This document shows, piece by piece, positions 53,231-64,000 of a stretch of DNA of 64,000 nt. Made by a program: the position numbers and the translations under genes. Source of the DNA: Octopus sinensis. Taxonomy: Eukaryota. The notes beneath the pieces were generated by a model. The model ran no database searches. It had not been told where the DNA came from and worked only from the letters and a program-made list of their open reading frames with translations. Within the stretch, counting starts at the first letter, position 1; each line of letters opens with the position of its first letter. The stretch is taken from assembly GCF_006345805.1 (NCBI RefSeq), contig NC_043004.1, positions 67,456,001 to 67,520,000 of the forward strand, given 5' to 3'.

Positions 53231-55360
53231 ATCCTTAAAAATGTTTTAGCCCGAAGGCCGCGGCCATGCTGGGGCACCACCGCTGAATGAGCCACACTAG
53301 TTTGTGAATCCACCTCTGATACGTGGCACTTGATCAACAAGGGAGTTCGATGCTGCTGCCCGCATCCGCGTCTCCTGTCGTGAGGTAGGTTCATCTGGGA
53401 CTTCCAACAAGAAGAGATCCAGTTTAGTTTTAAAGAAACCCACATCCACACCATGTAAGTCTCTCAGGCATTTAGGGAGGATGTTGAAAAGCTGTGGTCC
53501 TCTGAAACCCAAGCTGTTGCAGTATCTGGACCTGTATTTTGATGGTGATGTTGGAATCCTTGGCACCACGCAGCGGCGCCCCGTTCTGCGGTTGGAGTAA
53601 CTTTGAATGCCAAAGTTTGGGATAAGACCCTCCAGGATTTTCCAGATGTATATTACTGCATATCTCTCCCGCCTCCGCTCCAGGGAGAAGAGGTTTAATA
53701 CCTTCAGTCTTTCCCAGTAGCTGACATTTTGCATTGAGACGATTTTCTTTGTGTAGCTTCTCTGAGTTGATTCGAGTTCTGCTGTTTGTTTTATATTGTG
53801 TGGTGACCAAAGTTGGGAGCAGTAGTCCAAGCGGCTGAGGACAAATGTTTTCCATAGGACAATCAGTGTCTCCTTCTCTCTTGTTCTGAAAGTTCGGAGA
53901 ATCCATCCAGCTAGCCGTCTGCATTTTATCACCAGATTAGCAATATGCATTTGGAAAGATGCATCATTGCTCATGTCAATGCCCAGGTCACGCACTGATT
54001 TTGACTCAGGGATTGCAATTCTTCCTGGGCCAGTGTATCCAGTCTTCACGTCATTTACCTTTGTGTGCCAGTAGCGCAGGGCCTGGAACTTACCTGCATT
54101 AAACTGCATGTTGTTGTCCTCAGCCCACCTGTATATTGTGTCCAGCTCATGTTGCAGATGCGCAATATTTTCAGGGTTCTGTATTGCGTGGGAGACCTTT
54201 GTGTCATCTGCATAGCTAGCAAGGGTGGTCATCGTAGCAACTGAAGGCATGTCTGAAAGGGCCACTATGAACATCAGTGGCCCCAAGACAGTGCCCTGTG
54301 GGACACCGCTTGTTATTTGCGTTTCCCTGGAGGTGGCTCCATTGCTCCACAACTGCCTGTTTTCTGTCTTTTAGGAAGTTGTGCAGCCACTCTCCAAGTT
54401 TCCCGCCTATGCCGAGACACGCAGTTTATGACAGATCATACCATGGTCGACTTATCAAAGGCTTTTGCAAAGTCAAGATATATTACATCCACATTTGAGC
54501 CATTTAGTAGCTGTTTCAACACCCAGTCATAGTGCTGCAGGAGCTGTGTTAGGCAGCCTCTACCTGGTCGAAATCATGCTGGGTGTCAGACAGTAAGTCA
54601 TTTTCTTCAAGGAACATGATTAGTTTCTTACGGACTATTCGTTCCATGACTTTGCTGATGTGTGAGGTCAGAGAGATAGGCCTATAATTTTAGCATCTGC
54701 TCTGCTACCTCCCTTATGGATAGGGCATATTACCCCTCTTTCAGTTTGACTGGGAGCTTACCACTTGCAAGAAAGCTCTGAAAAAGAAGCTGTAGCGGTT
54801 TTGCAAGGGCTCGTTTGCACGATTTGAGAAGGATCGCTGGGAATCCATCAGGTCCAGCAGCTGAGTTTGTGTCAATCTCATCAATGGCTAGTGTGATATC
54901 ATCTTCTTCGATGTTGATGTACTGAATTTTTGTCTCTTTGGCCGCTGGTAAAGTGGCAAAGAATTCTTCTGGGTTGTTTACTTGCCTGTGTCCTAGAGGT
55001 GTAGTGAACACACTTTGGAACTGTTCGTTCAGTATTTCACTTATCCTCGTGGGATTTCTGTGAGAGAGCCATCTTTTGGAAGAGAGGTCCTATTCTCTGG
55101 TGCACTGTGGCTGTCTCTTTGGCAAACTTAAAGAAAGCTTTAGGGTTGGATTTTTATTTCTCTTACCCAAGCTTCTTTATCTGCTCTCTCCTTTTCATGG
55201 GACTGATGTAGACTTTTCTCAGTTCCATTAGCATTCTTTCGAGCCGAGACTTCTCACCACTTTTGGTGTGCTTGCTCAGGCGGTTTGCAATCCTTGTCCG
55301 TCGTCTCATAAGAATCCTCCTTTCTCTAGGGATCCTGTTTTTATTCTTGTGTGTGCTGGC
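53231..55360 (-). mobile_element. 5'-truncated CR1-clade LINE (ORF2 RT with few frameshifts, intact 3' end)
   Basis: SAAGPDGFPAILLK, NYRPISLTSHISKVMERI, GVPQGTVLGPLMF, YADDTK, RDLGI, LDYCSQLWSP, ERLKVLNLFSLERRRER. Confidence 0.95.
53297..54352 (-). CDS. CR1 LINE reverse transcriptase, C-terminal 351 aa open segment (part of a disrupted ORF2)
   Basis: ORF track; contains PQG and YADD catalytic motifs. The upstream part (54730-55011) is out of frame, so it is probably non-functional. Confidence 0.85.
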   Translation of the reverse strand: MWSNGATSRETQITSGVPQGTVLGPLMFIVALSDMPSVATMTTLASYADDTKVSHAIQNPENIAHLQHELDTIYRWAEDNNMQFNAGKFQALRYWHTKVNDVKTGYTGPGRIAIPESKSVRDLGIDMSNDASFQMHIANLVIKCRRLAGWILRTFRTREKETLIVLWKTFVLSRLDYCSQLWSPHNIKQTAELESTQRSYTKKIVSMQNVSYWERLKVLNLFSLERRRERYAVIYIWKILEGLIPNFGIQSYSNRRTGRRCVVPRIPTSPSKYRSRYCNSLGFRGPQLFNILPKCLRDLHGVDVGFFKTKLDLFLLEVPDEPTSRQETRMRAAASNSLVDQVPRIRGGFTN

Positions 55361-55635
55361 CCTGCATATATGTATTTATATATATGCATATATATATATA
55401 TATACACACATATACATACGTACATATACATACGCACTTACATACATACATATTACTCATATATGAGTATGCAGATAGCAAGCTAGCTAGCTAGATAGAT
55501 AGATAGATAGATTGATTGAATAATAGGTATAGATATAGATATAGTGGTTTATTGTTATATGTGGATTTTCTTTAATTTCTGTATTTCATCACTTGTGTTA
55601 GTGTAAGCTTAGGGCCTTCCTTTGTAACTTTCTCT

Positions 55636-55770
55636 ATTATCGACAGCACACAAAGAAAAAGAAAGGCAAAATCGACTACAATGGAATTTGAATATATAAA
55701 GCGAAGACGGACGAAATGCCGCTAAGCATTTTGGCCGGCGTGCAAATGATTCTGCCAGCGCTTCGCCTAA
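55636..55770 (-). mobile_element. SINE family A, degenerate
   Basis: AAAGGCAAAATCGACT...GAATTTGAA...GACGAAATGCCGCTAAGCATTTTGGCCGGCGTGC..ATGATTCTGCCAGC. Confidence 0.8.
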
Positions 55771-55778
55771 CGATAATG

Positions 55779-55812
<34 letters not shown>

Positions 55813-55859
55813 TAATAATGATAATAAAAATAATAATAATAATATTAATAATAATAATG

Positions 55860-55914
<55 letters not shown>

Positions 55915-56283
55915 TGATGTACCAATACCGGCAGATGACAACGTGTCTCTAAAAGAAATGGAGAAACTCTCAAAATACAAAGACCTGGAAATAGTGGTAA
56001 CTAGAATGTGGAATCTGAAAACAGAAACAATTCCTATCATAGTAGGTGCATTAGGCATGATAAAAAAATATTCAGACAAATACATAACAAAAACACCAGG
56101 ACTTACAAACACATATAACATACAGAAAATTGCACTACTAGGCACTGCACAACATACCTACGAAAAACACTTTCCATACAATAACCATCACAGCATCACA
56201 ACAAATCACAGCACATACCCAAGCACACAGAGCTGCGCTCGGTAGTGAAGTGAAAGCACGCTATATAAATAAAAATAAAACTA

Positions 56284-56286
<3 letters not shown>
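55915..56286 (+). mobile_element. 5'-truncated R4/Dong-like non-LTR element (endonuclease C-terminus and 3' UTR) inside a (TAA)n array
   Basis: DVPIPADDNVSLKEMEKLSKYKDLEIVVTRMWNLKTETIPIIVGALGMIKK...IQKIALLGTA; (TAA)n at 55773-55914 and 56287-56343. Confidence 0.88.
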
Positions 56287-56343
<57 letters not shown>

Positions 56344-56354
56344 TTGTTCTGCTA

Positions 56355-56443
56355 AAAGCCCAAGGCATGTGATTTTGGTACTCATCGACCCCGAAATGAT
56401 GAAAGGCAATGTCGACCTCGGCAAAATTTGAACTCAGTAACAT
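56355..56443 (-). mobile_element. SINE family A fragment
   Basis: ATCGACCCCGAAATGATGAAAGGCAATGTCGACCTCGGCAAAATTTGAACTCAG. Confidence 0.8.
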
Positions 56444-58972
56444 GAATTGAATATAAAGAAAAACAAGCCTCAGAACAGGCATACGGTATGTTGAGCCTAG
56501 AAATATATGTGAGTAGCTGGTTGTAAAGAATAAAACTATAAATTTACCCGGCAATGAAATTTCTGAAATCCAGTAAACGACAATATCCTGGCGATGAAAG
56601 ATAATATTGATGTGGTCGACCATTTTCGTTTTGTCCTTTGTAGTCTGTAGTTTGGCAGAGACAGTTGCCGGCAAATGAAAATGATGGCAGTGACATTCGA
56701 CCCTACGAGCTCGAGAGATAAAGTGGCTATTGAAAAGGAAAGGAAGGAGATGAATGAATGAATGAGTTAAAGAAAAAATACTCATAGTTCATTGGAACAA
56801 GTTAGCTAATCAATTGACATCCTAACATTTTAAAGTGTTAAGAAAACAAACGGTTAATTAATAGGTTAGCAACGTAGCTAAAGTCACCGGAAGGGTAGGG
56901 TTAAATTTAACTACTTCAATAGCATAATTAAGAAATAGACAATGGAAAGACGTGGAAAGCGATACGAACTAAAGAAATGCGACAGTTGGTCGCTAAATGT
57001 TAAATCATTACTTACACTAGCTGAAATGATAATTTAACCTATAAGAAGTGAAAGTTGAGGAACATCTCAATCGTTTTCCGTAAGCCATTTGAGTTAGGGG
57101 GAACGAAGATTACAATTATCGGCTGCGGATGGTGAAAGGTCTCAAGATACAAATATACTAAGAAATGAGATGAACAAGCGGTTAACGTTTATGTCGTAAA
57201 ATTTAAGGTAAGGAAACAAGATGAGTGGAATAAGATGGAAAAGAAAAAAAAAGGAAGAAAAGAAGAAATGTAATTCAAAATTAAATGGAACAATCCCTAC
57301 ATTAGACGAGGAATTCATACTACACATACACACTCGCACATATAGATATGTATCTGTAATATGATATATATACACACTCTTTTAAATATATACCTATTAA
57401 TATGAACTCCCTACTACTGAAATGGCGAAAACAAATTTACAATTATTCGTCTGTGAAATTGTTTATGATCCTGCGCAATGAATGATTTCGAAACACGCAC
57501 AGCAGCCTTGAAGTACCGATTTCGTTTAAGACTAAATATGATTAAGATAGAAATTTTGAAACGGAAAAATAAAATATGTAATTTAGTATTTCTGGTAAAA
57601 TATACCTTACTAAGTTACAAAAAATGGTTTAATTACCAATCAATAGCAGCTATAATTGCGAAAAATGAACTCCTAACTACGTTTATAATTTACTCAAACT
57701 AACCTTTGGCAAAAATCTGGCTAGAAAATTATATTCGATTTTTCTTCACCTCAGATTTTTATATTTTTATACTTTCACTTTCAGATTCAACAGCACAAAG
57801 CTACTCGCTGCATAAAAGCTTTCTTCCTCTTATCTCCCTCTCCCCCCTCTCTCTCTCTCTCTTTATTTATCTATCTTTCCCTCTCAATTCTTTCCTCTCT
57901 ATTAGACTTCATTCTCTCTCTCTGCAAACTTCTAAGGCACGACCTTTCAACAAAATAATGGCATTTGTTAAACTAGAGACTTTGCGTCACCAGTGATATG
58001 TTGCTAAAAAAACATTTAAAAACCACACAATAACCATATTACATATTAATATTTTTTTAAATGTGCTTCAGGCTAAGATTTAGAAAATCATTTCCATTTA
58101 ATAATATTCATTCACAGCATAATTGTGAACAGGCAACATAATACAGCCTCGATATTTCAATTTACTCAAAGAATGGAGACATTTATTAGTGAAGGCCATT
58201 ATATATATGTATTCATATTGGTGTGTGTGTATGAATGTATGCGTGCGTGTGAGTCATACTCTGTGTGTCCTTGTGTGTATACATGTGCTTAAATCTGTTT
58301 CTACACTGTGCTACGCAAGTACACACACACACGCACAAATATATATATATATATATTATATAGATATATATACTTACTTATATGGTATTATCTTTATATT
58401 GCTTATTGATATATGTGTATTTTTTTGCCTATATGCATATATATAATATAGTAATATATATATATATATATATATAATATATATATATAATATATATATA
58501 TGTGTGTGTGTGTGTGTGTACGTGTGTGTATACATGTATGTATATGTATATGGTGGGGGAAAACAGAGAATAAGAGAGTGATAGAGAAAAATATTTTAGT
58601 ATGTAAAATAGTGCCAGTGTGGTATATTGACAGAAACGCAAGAATGTCGGACCACATGCCCTTCAGTATTTATTCCTGTTTCTTATATTTTGTGTTCAAA
58701 TCTTGCTGTAGTCAAATTTTCCTTTCATGTTATCGAGTATCAATATGATAATGTACCAATCAAATATTGGTTCAGAGCGATTGTATCGAAAATCACACGA
58801 TAACCGATTTTAATTTTTCTCTTCGCGTATTTTATACCTATTATAGATTGTTTGATAATATATCCTTACGGACGATGCAATTCAAAGTGAAGTACTTGAG
58901 TTCAAACAGAACAATGGCCGAATTTTTACTTTGTGTTTCTGTGGTATTTCATAATTAAGATTCCTTCGTGAA

Positions 58973-59147
58973 GTCACGTGAAGTTAAGGGAGATGGAAAC
59001 AACTCTACTCTAAACGCACAAATATGCGGCAGAGTGTAGTCATATGCGCACACTAATGTCGTTATGGTAACCAGTCTGCTGAGTGTAGTATTACGATAGC
59101 CTCTTGAGTCGAATGTTGTCTGTGCTTCTAGTAAAAGTGAGGTAAGT
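58973..59147 (+). promoter_or_regulatory. Candidate RFX promoter and first exon
   Basis: GTCACGTGA 58973-58981; X-box GTCGTTATGGTAAC 59058-59071; ATG at 59113; consensus donor GAG|GTAAGT at 59141/59142. Motif match only. Confidence 0.3.
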
Positions 59148-59544
59148 GGGAGCTGACTCTCAGAAAATCTCTTCAATTATCCAGTTGACGTTCAAAGTTT
59201 ACTTTCCACCACGATTAATTTAATTGTCATTCTACTACAGCTGTTTAAGCTCATTGAACCTAAACAGTTCAGTAGATTTTATGTCTTTCATTGTCTCAGA
59301 AATTAACTGTTTATTGAAATCCCACGCTTTGTTGTTGTCATTCATTCACAAGTAAAGGCATTCAGAGGTTTAGAATTAGAGAAAACATTTTAAAAAATTG
59401 TTCTACAACAGAGATCAGTTCTTCGTATAGAGATGGTAATGAATTAATTATTTATAGTGAAAATGGTCTTTGAAGGGAAAATAAAAACACGAAAATACGA
59501 GAAGTAGCTTCATTCTTTGTCTTTAAATGTAACAAAACGATACT

Positions 59545-59710
59545 GATAAGTACCATACTTAGTCCTGTTGCGAAAAGGTCATTGAAAGAAGGAGTTTCGT
59601 GGCACAGGATGAAAAAAAATATTGCGCTCGGAAGAATTTGAACGTAAAGACAGACGAATGGACGCTAAATAATTTGCTGGCCGTGCTAACAATTTTGCAT
59701 GCTCTCAATC

Positions 59711-59712
<2 letters not shown>
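59545..59712 (-). mobile_element. SINE family A, degenerate
   Basis: GAATTTGAACGTAAAGACAGACGAAT..CGCTAAA...GCCGTGCTAACAATTTTGC. Confidence 0.6.
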
Positions 59713-59778
<66 letters not shown>

Positions 59779-59947
59779 AAGAAGAATATTAATAATAATA
59801 ACAACACAATAACAACAACAACAATACTAATAATAATACAATAATTTCATTATTATTATTATATACTAATATCGATAATAATAATAAGAAGAAGAAAAAG
59901 AAAAAGAAGAAGACGAAATAATAATAATATTAATAATAATAATAATG

Positions 59948-59977
<30 letters not shown>

Positions 59978-59980
<3 letters not shown>

Positions 59981-60135
59981 GATGTTCAATTTTATCACAG
60001 AATAAATCAAGTTTTGGCATATTTGGCCTATATCTTCACTGGTTATGTGTGGGTATTGTGAGACTAAAACTGTTGAGAAGTCTATAAGCATCTGGGGTAT
60101 CTGAGGAAGCAAAAGAAAGAAAAACTTGCTCAATT
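59978..60135 (+). mobile_element. Possible R4/Dong-like RT fragment next to a (TAA)n array
   Basis: GIVRLKTVEK / SYKHLG resembles RT ...ESYKYLG; it follows about 270 bp of TAA/AAC/GAA repeats. Confidence 0.35.
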
Positions 60136-60503
60136 GCACTGAACATTTTTCTGAATCGGTATTTTAATGTATAGAATCTGGTTGATTGAAATGCAAATTT
60201 CACCTCCACAAATTTGTCGACAGACCGTAGAACCAGAGAGAACGTGTGTGAATGTTAGTGTATGTAAAAGTGTTCGCGCTAGTGTTAGCCTTGTGTTGGG
60301 GTATGTATATGCACATCTATAAATACACACGCACACAGCCATTCTCAAACACATATACACGCACAAACACACCTACACACACACATATATATATATACGA
60401 ACATAAAACAGACACAAACAACCACACAGTCACACACATATATAGACATTTACTATATATATATATATATATAATATATATATGCATGCATATATATACG
60501 TAT

Positions 60504-60571
<68 letters not shown>

Positions 60572-62274
60572 CATATATATATATATATATACATATTATA
60601 TATTATATATATATATATATATATCGGAAAAATGTTTCTTCTTCAACTTTTTGAAAATAATTATATTTCTGTACACATGCATTGTAAAATGATTTAATAT
60701 AAATTTAGACATCGCAATGTCATTCTGGACTCAGTTCACGCTGCGTACAAAGGCGATAATTCCAATGAAGTCAAAGAGTGCAGTTTATTCCGTGTACTGC
60801 GGAACGAAAGAATTGAAGACATGAATCATGGCGACATACAATCAAATATTTTTAAAGTCTTACATAAAAGGTCCAGGCGAAATGAAATTTAAACAAAAAA
60901 ATAAAGCATGTATTTACATAGTGAACGTCAAAGCTACGAGGAATTAAGACGCGTACAATTTCTATGGAGATATTAAACAAAGACGTATTTTCAGAAAAAA
61001 AACATAAACGATATCATTTTTTTGCCCTAAATCATAAATACCGATGTGTAAAACTATACGAAGTGTATTCAAGTAGCTAATTAAACTAAATGCTCACATA
61101 CGTGTACTTGATAACCAGTTTCAATTGCAATGTAATTTCACCACAAAGTGAAAATGTCCGCCTTTTGTTTTTGCGGTAAAGCAGAGTTAATTTACCTATA
61201 ATTGTCTAATTTTCCGTACATACATAGAAGTATACGTGTATATAAATATAAATAAATAATATATATATACATATACATATATACATACTTGGAAGGGAAT
61301 CTACATTCATGTACACACACACACACACACACACATACATACACACACACATATATATATAATATATATACATGTGTGTATGTGTGTGTCAGTGTGAGTA
61401 CACACACACATTTTGATATAGGTATAGGAGTCGGTTGTTTTATCTGGACAATCATTAAGCGCCCTTAGAATTTAATACCAAATTTTTTTTTGTGGAATTA
61501 ATTAATATATGACGTGAGATAATTAATGAGGAGTTAATTGGAAATAAAGACAGCAATATAATTAAAATATATTTGGAAATTTTCTAAATAATACAAAAGA
61601 AAGAAGGTAGATGCATATTTCCATTCCGAAGCTGCACTGAGCAGATATAGTTATTATCTATCTCTTTATGTCTGTTGGCAAAATTTTGGAATAGAAACAT
61701 TCAACTATAGGTAATTATTACTATATCTAAATAGAAAAGAAAAAAAAACAAATATATATATATAAATATACGTATAAAGTGTGTTTCTGTGTCTGTGTGT
61801 GTGTATGTGTATGTGTGTGCGTGTGTGCGTATATGTGTATGTGAGTGCGTATATGTGTATGCGAGTGTGTATCTGCAGGTGTGCAAATATGTAATGCACA
61901 CACAATACATATAAGTACGTATACATACATACATATATGTATATATATATATATGTATATATATTATATATATATATATATAATTATTTGTATTGATATG
62001 TATATTTAAATCTCTGGCTGTAAGTGTACATATATATATATTAATATATATATATATAATATATATATATATATAATATATATAATATATATAATATAGA
62101 TATAGATATATATATATATAATAGATTATATAGATATATATATATGTATGTATCTAAATATATAAAGATATATATATATATATATTTATATAGATATTAT
62201 ATAAGTATAGGTTTCTATCTATCTCAGTTATATACATAGGTATATATATATATATATATGTTTATATATATATA

Positions 62275-62346
<72 letters not shown>

Positions 62347-63121
62347 CAATATACGTACATATAATATATATATATATGCGATATGCGCACATATTTATAT
62401 ATATATATATATATATATGTGGTGTGTGTGTGTACATATTTATGCATGTATTGATGCATATATGTATGTATGTATGTATGCATGTATGCATGCACATTCA
62501 TTTACCGCCTTTTATGAAGTGATACAAGTTTTCTGAATACAATCTCTCATCAGAGTAGTAGAAATATGTAAGCTTCGATGTGAATTTATCTTTCTAAGTA
62601 TACAAGGATTGTAAAATCTGTCCACGAGTTTGTTCTTTGCACTTAGTTGAGCAAAATATACTACAGTCTGTTTTAATAAATTTATGAACAACCACTGATG
62701 AGTAAACAAATATATGTACACAAATACATGCACACCACATACACTTTATATACATATATAGTGTACTGTTCCCTGATAGTAGGATTATCTAGAATAGTCT
62801 CCCTTATTTTGACATATAATTATTATTTAATAAACACATTGCATAGATTTTTGTAGGGTTTTGTGACCAACTAATAGTTTCGGGCGATGAAAACAACTTC
62901 GGCACTACACCCATGCCATAATAAATTAAAGCACGATCTAAATCTGGACCTCAAACACGACCTCTTCATTCAGAAGTTGTCATCTTCTGGAACCATTAGA
63001 AGCTCATAAAAAATATAGTATATATTTATTAAATGATATATGTGTGTGTATGTATGAGTGCACGCGGTTGTATTTCTGTGTATACATACATGCATATATA
63101 CATTCATATATATATGCATAT

Positions 63122-63520
63122 GTAAATATGGCTGTGTGGTAAGTAGCTTGCTAACCAACCACATGGTTCCGGGTTCAGTCCTGCTGCGTGGCATCTTGGG
63201 CAAGTGTCTTCTGCTATAGCCCCGGGCCGACCAATGCCTTGTGAGTGATTTGTAGACAGAAACTGAAAGAATCCTGTCGTATATATGCATATATATATTA
63301 TGTGTTTTGTGTGTTTGTGTGTCTGTGTTTGTCCCCCTAGCATTGCTTGACAACCGATGCTAGTGTGTTTAAGTCCCCGTCACTTAGCGGTTCGGCAAAA
63401 GAGACCGATAGAATAAGTACTGGGCTTACAAAGAATAAGTCCCGGGTCGATTTGCTCGACTAAGGCGGTGCTCCAGCATGCCGCAGTCAAATGACTGAAA
63501 CATGTAAAACAGTAAAAGAG
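63122..63520 (+). mobile_element. Full-length, young-looking SINE family B
   Basis: A-box TGGCTGTGTGG, B-box GGTTCAGTCC, internal TA/TG tract, tail GGCGGTGCTCCAGCATGCCGCAGTCAAATGACTGAAACATGTAAAA. Confidence 0.95.
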
Positions 63521-63523
63521 TTG

Positions 63524-63556
<33 letters not shown>

Positions 63557-63737
63557 ATATATATACTACAGAAATTTGAGTGAAGAAACATACTTAAATC
63601 AATAAACATCAACTATCAGATGATACCAATCAATACTTTAATACACCATTATATATCAGTAAGGCATTATACAAATATACAGTAAAAGTAAATAGACAAA
63701 GAGATATAAGTATAAATTTCAAATATAATATGTAATT

Positions 63738-63861
63738 AAATCAAATCTGATAGCTGTTTCGGCAGTGAGGGCAGTCATACCTCATTAACCTATAAGCCAT
63801 AAAGCAGGTACAAGTGAGGCATTAACAAGGATGCCCCACGGCCTCTTCAGAGAATTAAATT
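63738..63861 (-). ncRNA. Type I hammerhead ribozyme motif with an extended stem II
   Basis: Minus strand: AATTTAATTCT-CTGAAGA-GGCCGTGGGGCA...(about 55 nt)...TGCCCTCACTGCC-GAAA-CAGCTA-TC-AGATTTGATT; one G>A change in stem III. Confidence 0.68.
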
Positions 63862-64000
63862 TGTTATAATTGTGAAAAAGTTTTTTAACCATATACATAT
63901 AAATATAAAATATAAAAATGTAAAATATAAAACTATACATAACTTCATAATGCTACACTTATATAATATAATACTCATTGGTACAATAATGGAAGGTAAA

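Noticed and set aside
62695-62740. CTGATGA core
   Set aside because: No stem II, GAAA or stem I follows; chance match.

Overview
AT-rich, microsatellite-dense non-coding animal DNA. From my recall of the SINE families it is most likely an octopus (coleoid cephalopod); this is inference. No host protein-coding gene can be supported with confidence, and almost all ORF-track entries are read-throughs of (TA)n, (TG)n, (GATA)n or trinucleotide arrays. The window contains about 25 tRNA-derived SINE copies of four families (A-D here), three mariner remnants, and non-LTR retrotransposon fragments of CR1, Tx1/L1, RTE and restriction-like-endonuclease (R4/Dong-type) clades. It also contains two clear Penelope-like GIY-YIG fragments and one 100-N gap. 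The main unexplained signal is a set of type I hammerhead ribozyme motifs from several sequence families: intact cores at 4374-4424, 20143-20227 and 24961-25065, near-intact cores at 20865-20907 and 63738-63861, and several decayed copies. Most lie in short ORF-less units in or near (TA)n arrays, as expected for Penelope terminal repeats or retrozyme-like elements. Also notable: a CR1 LINE 3' end matching the SINE-B tail, a Dong-like insertion in (TAA)n, two RFX X-box clusters, a perfect 22-bp hairpin, and several local duplications that may be assembly artefacts.
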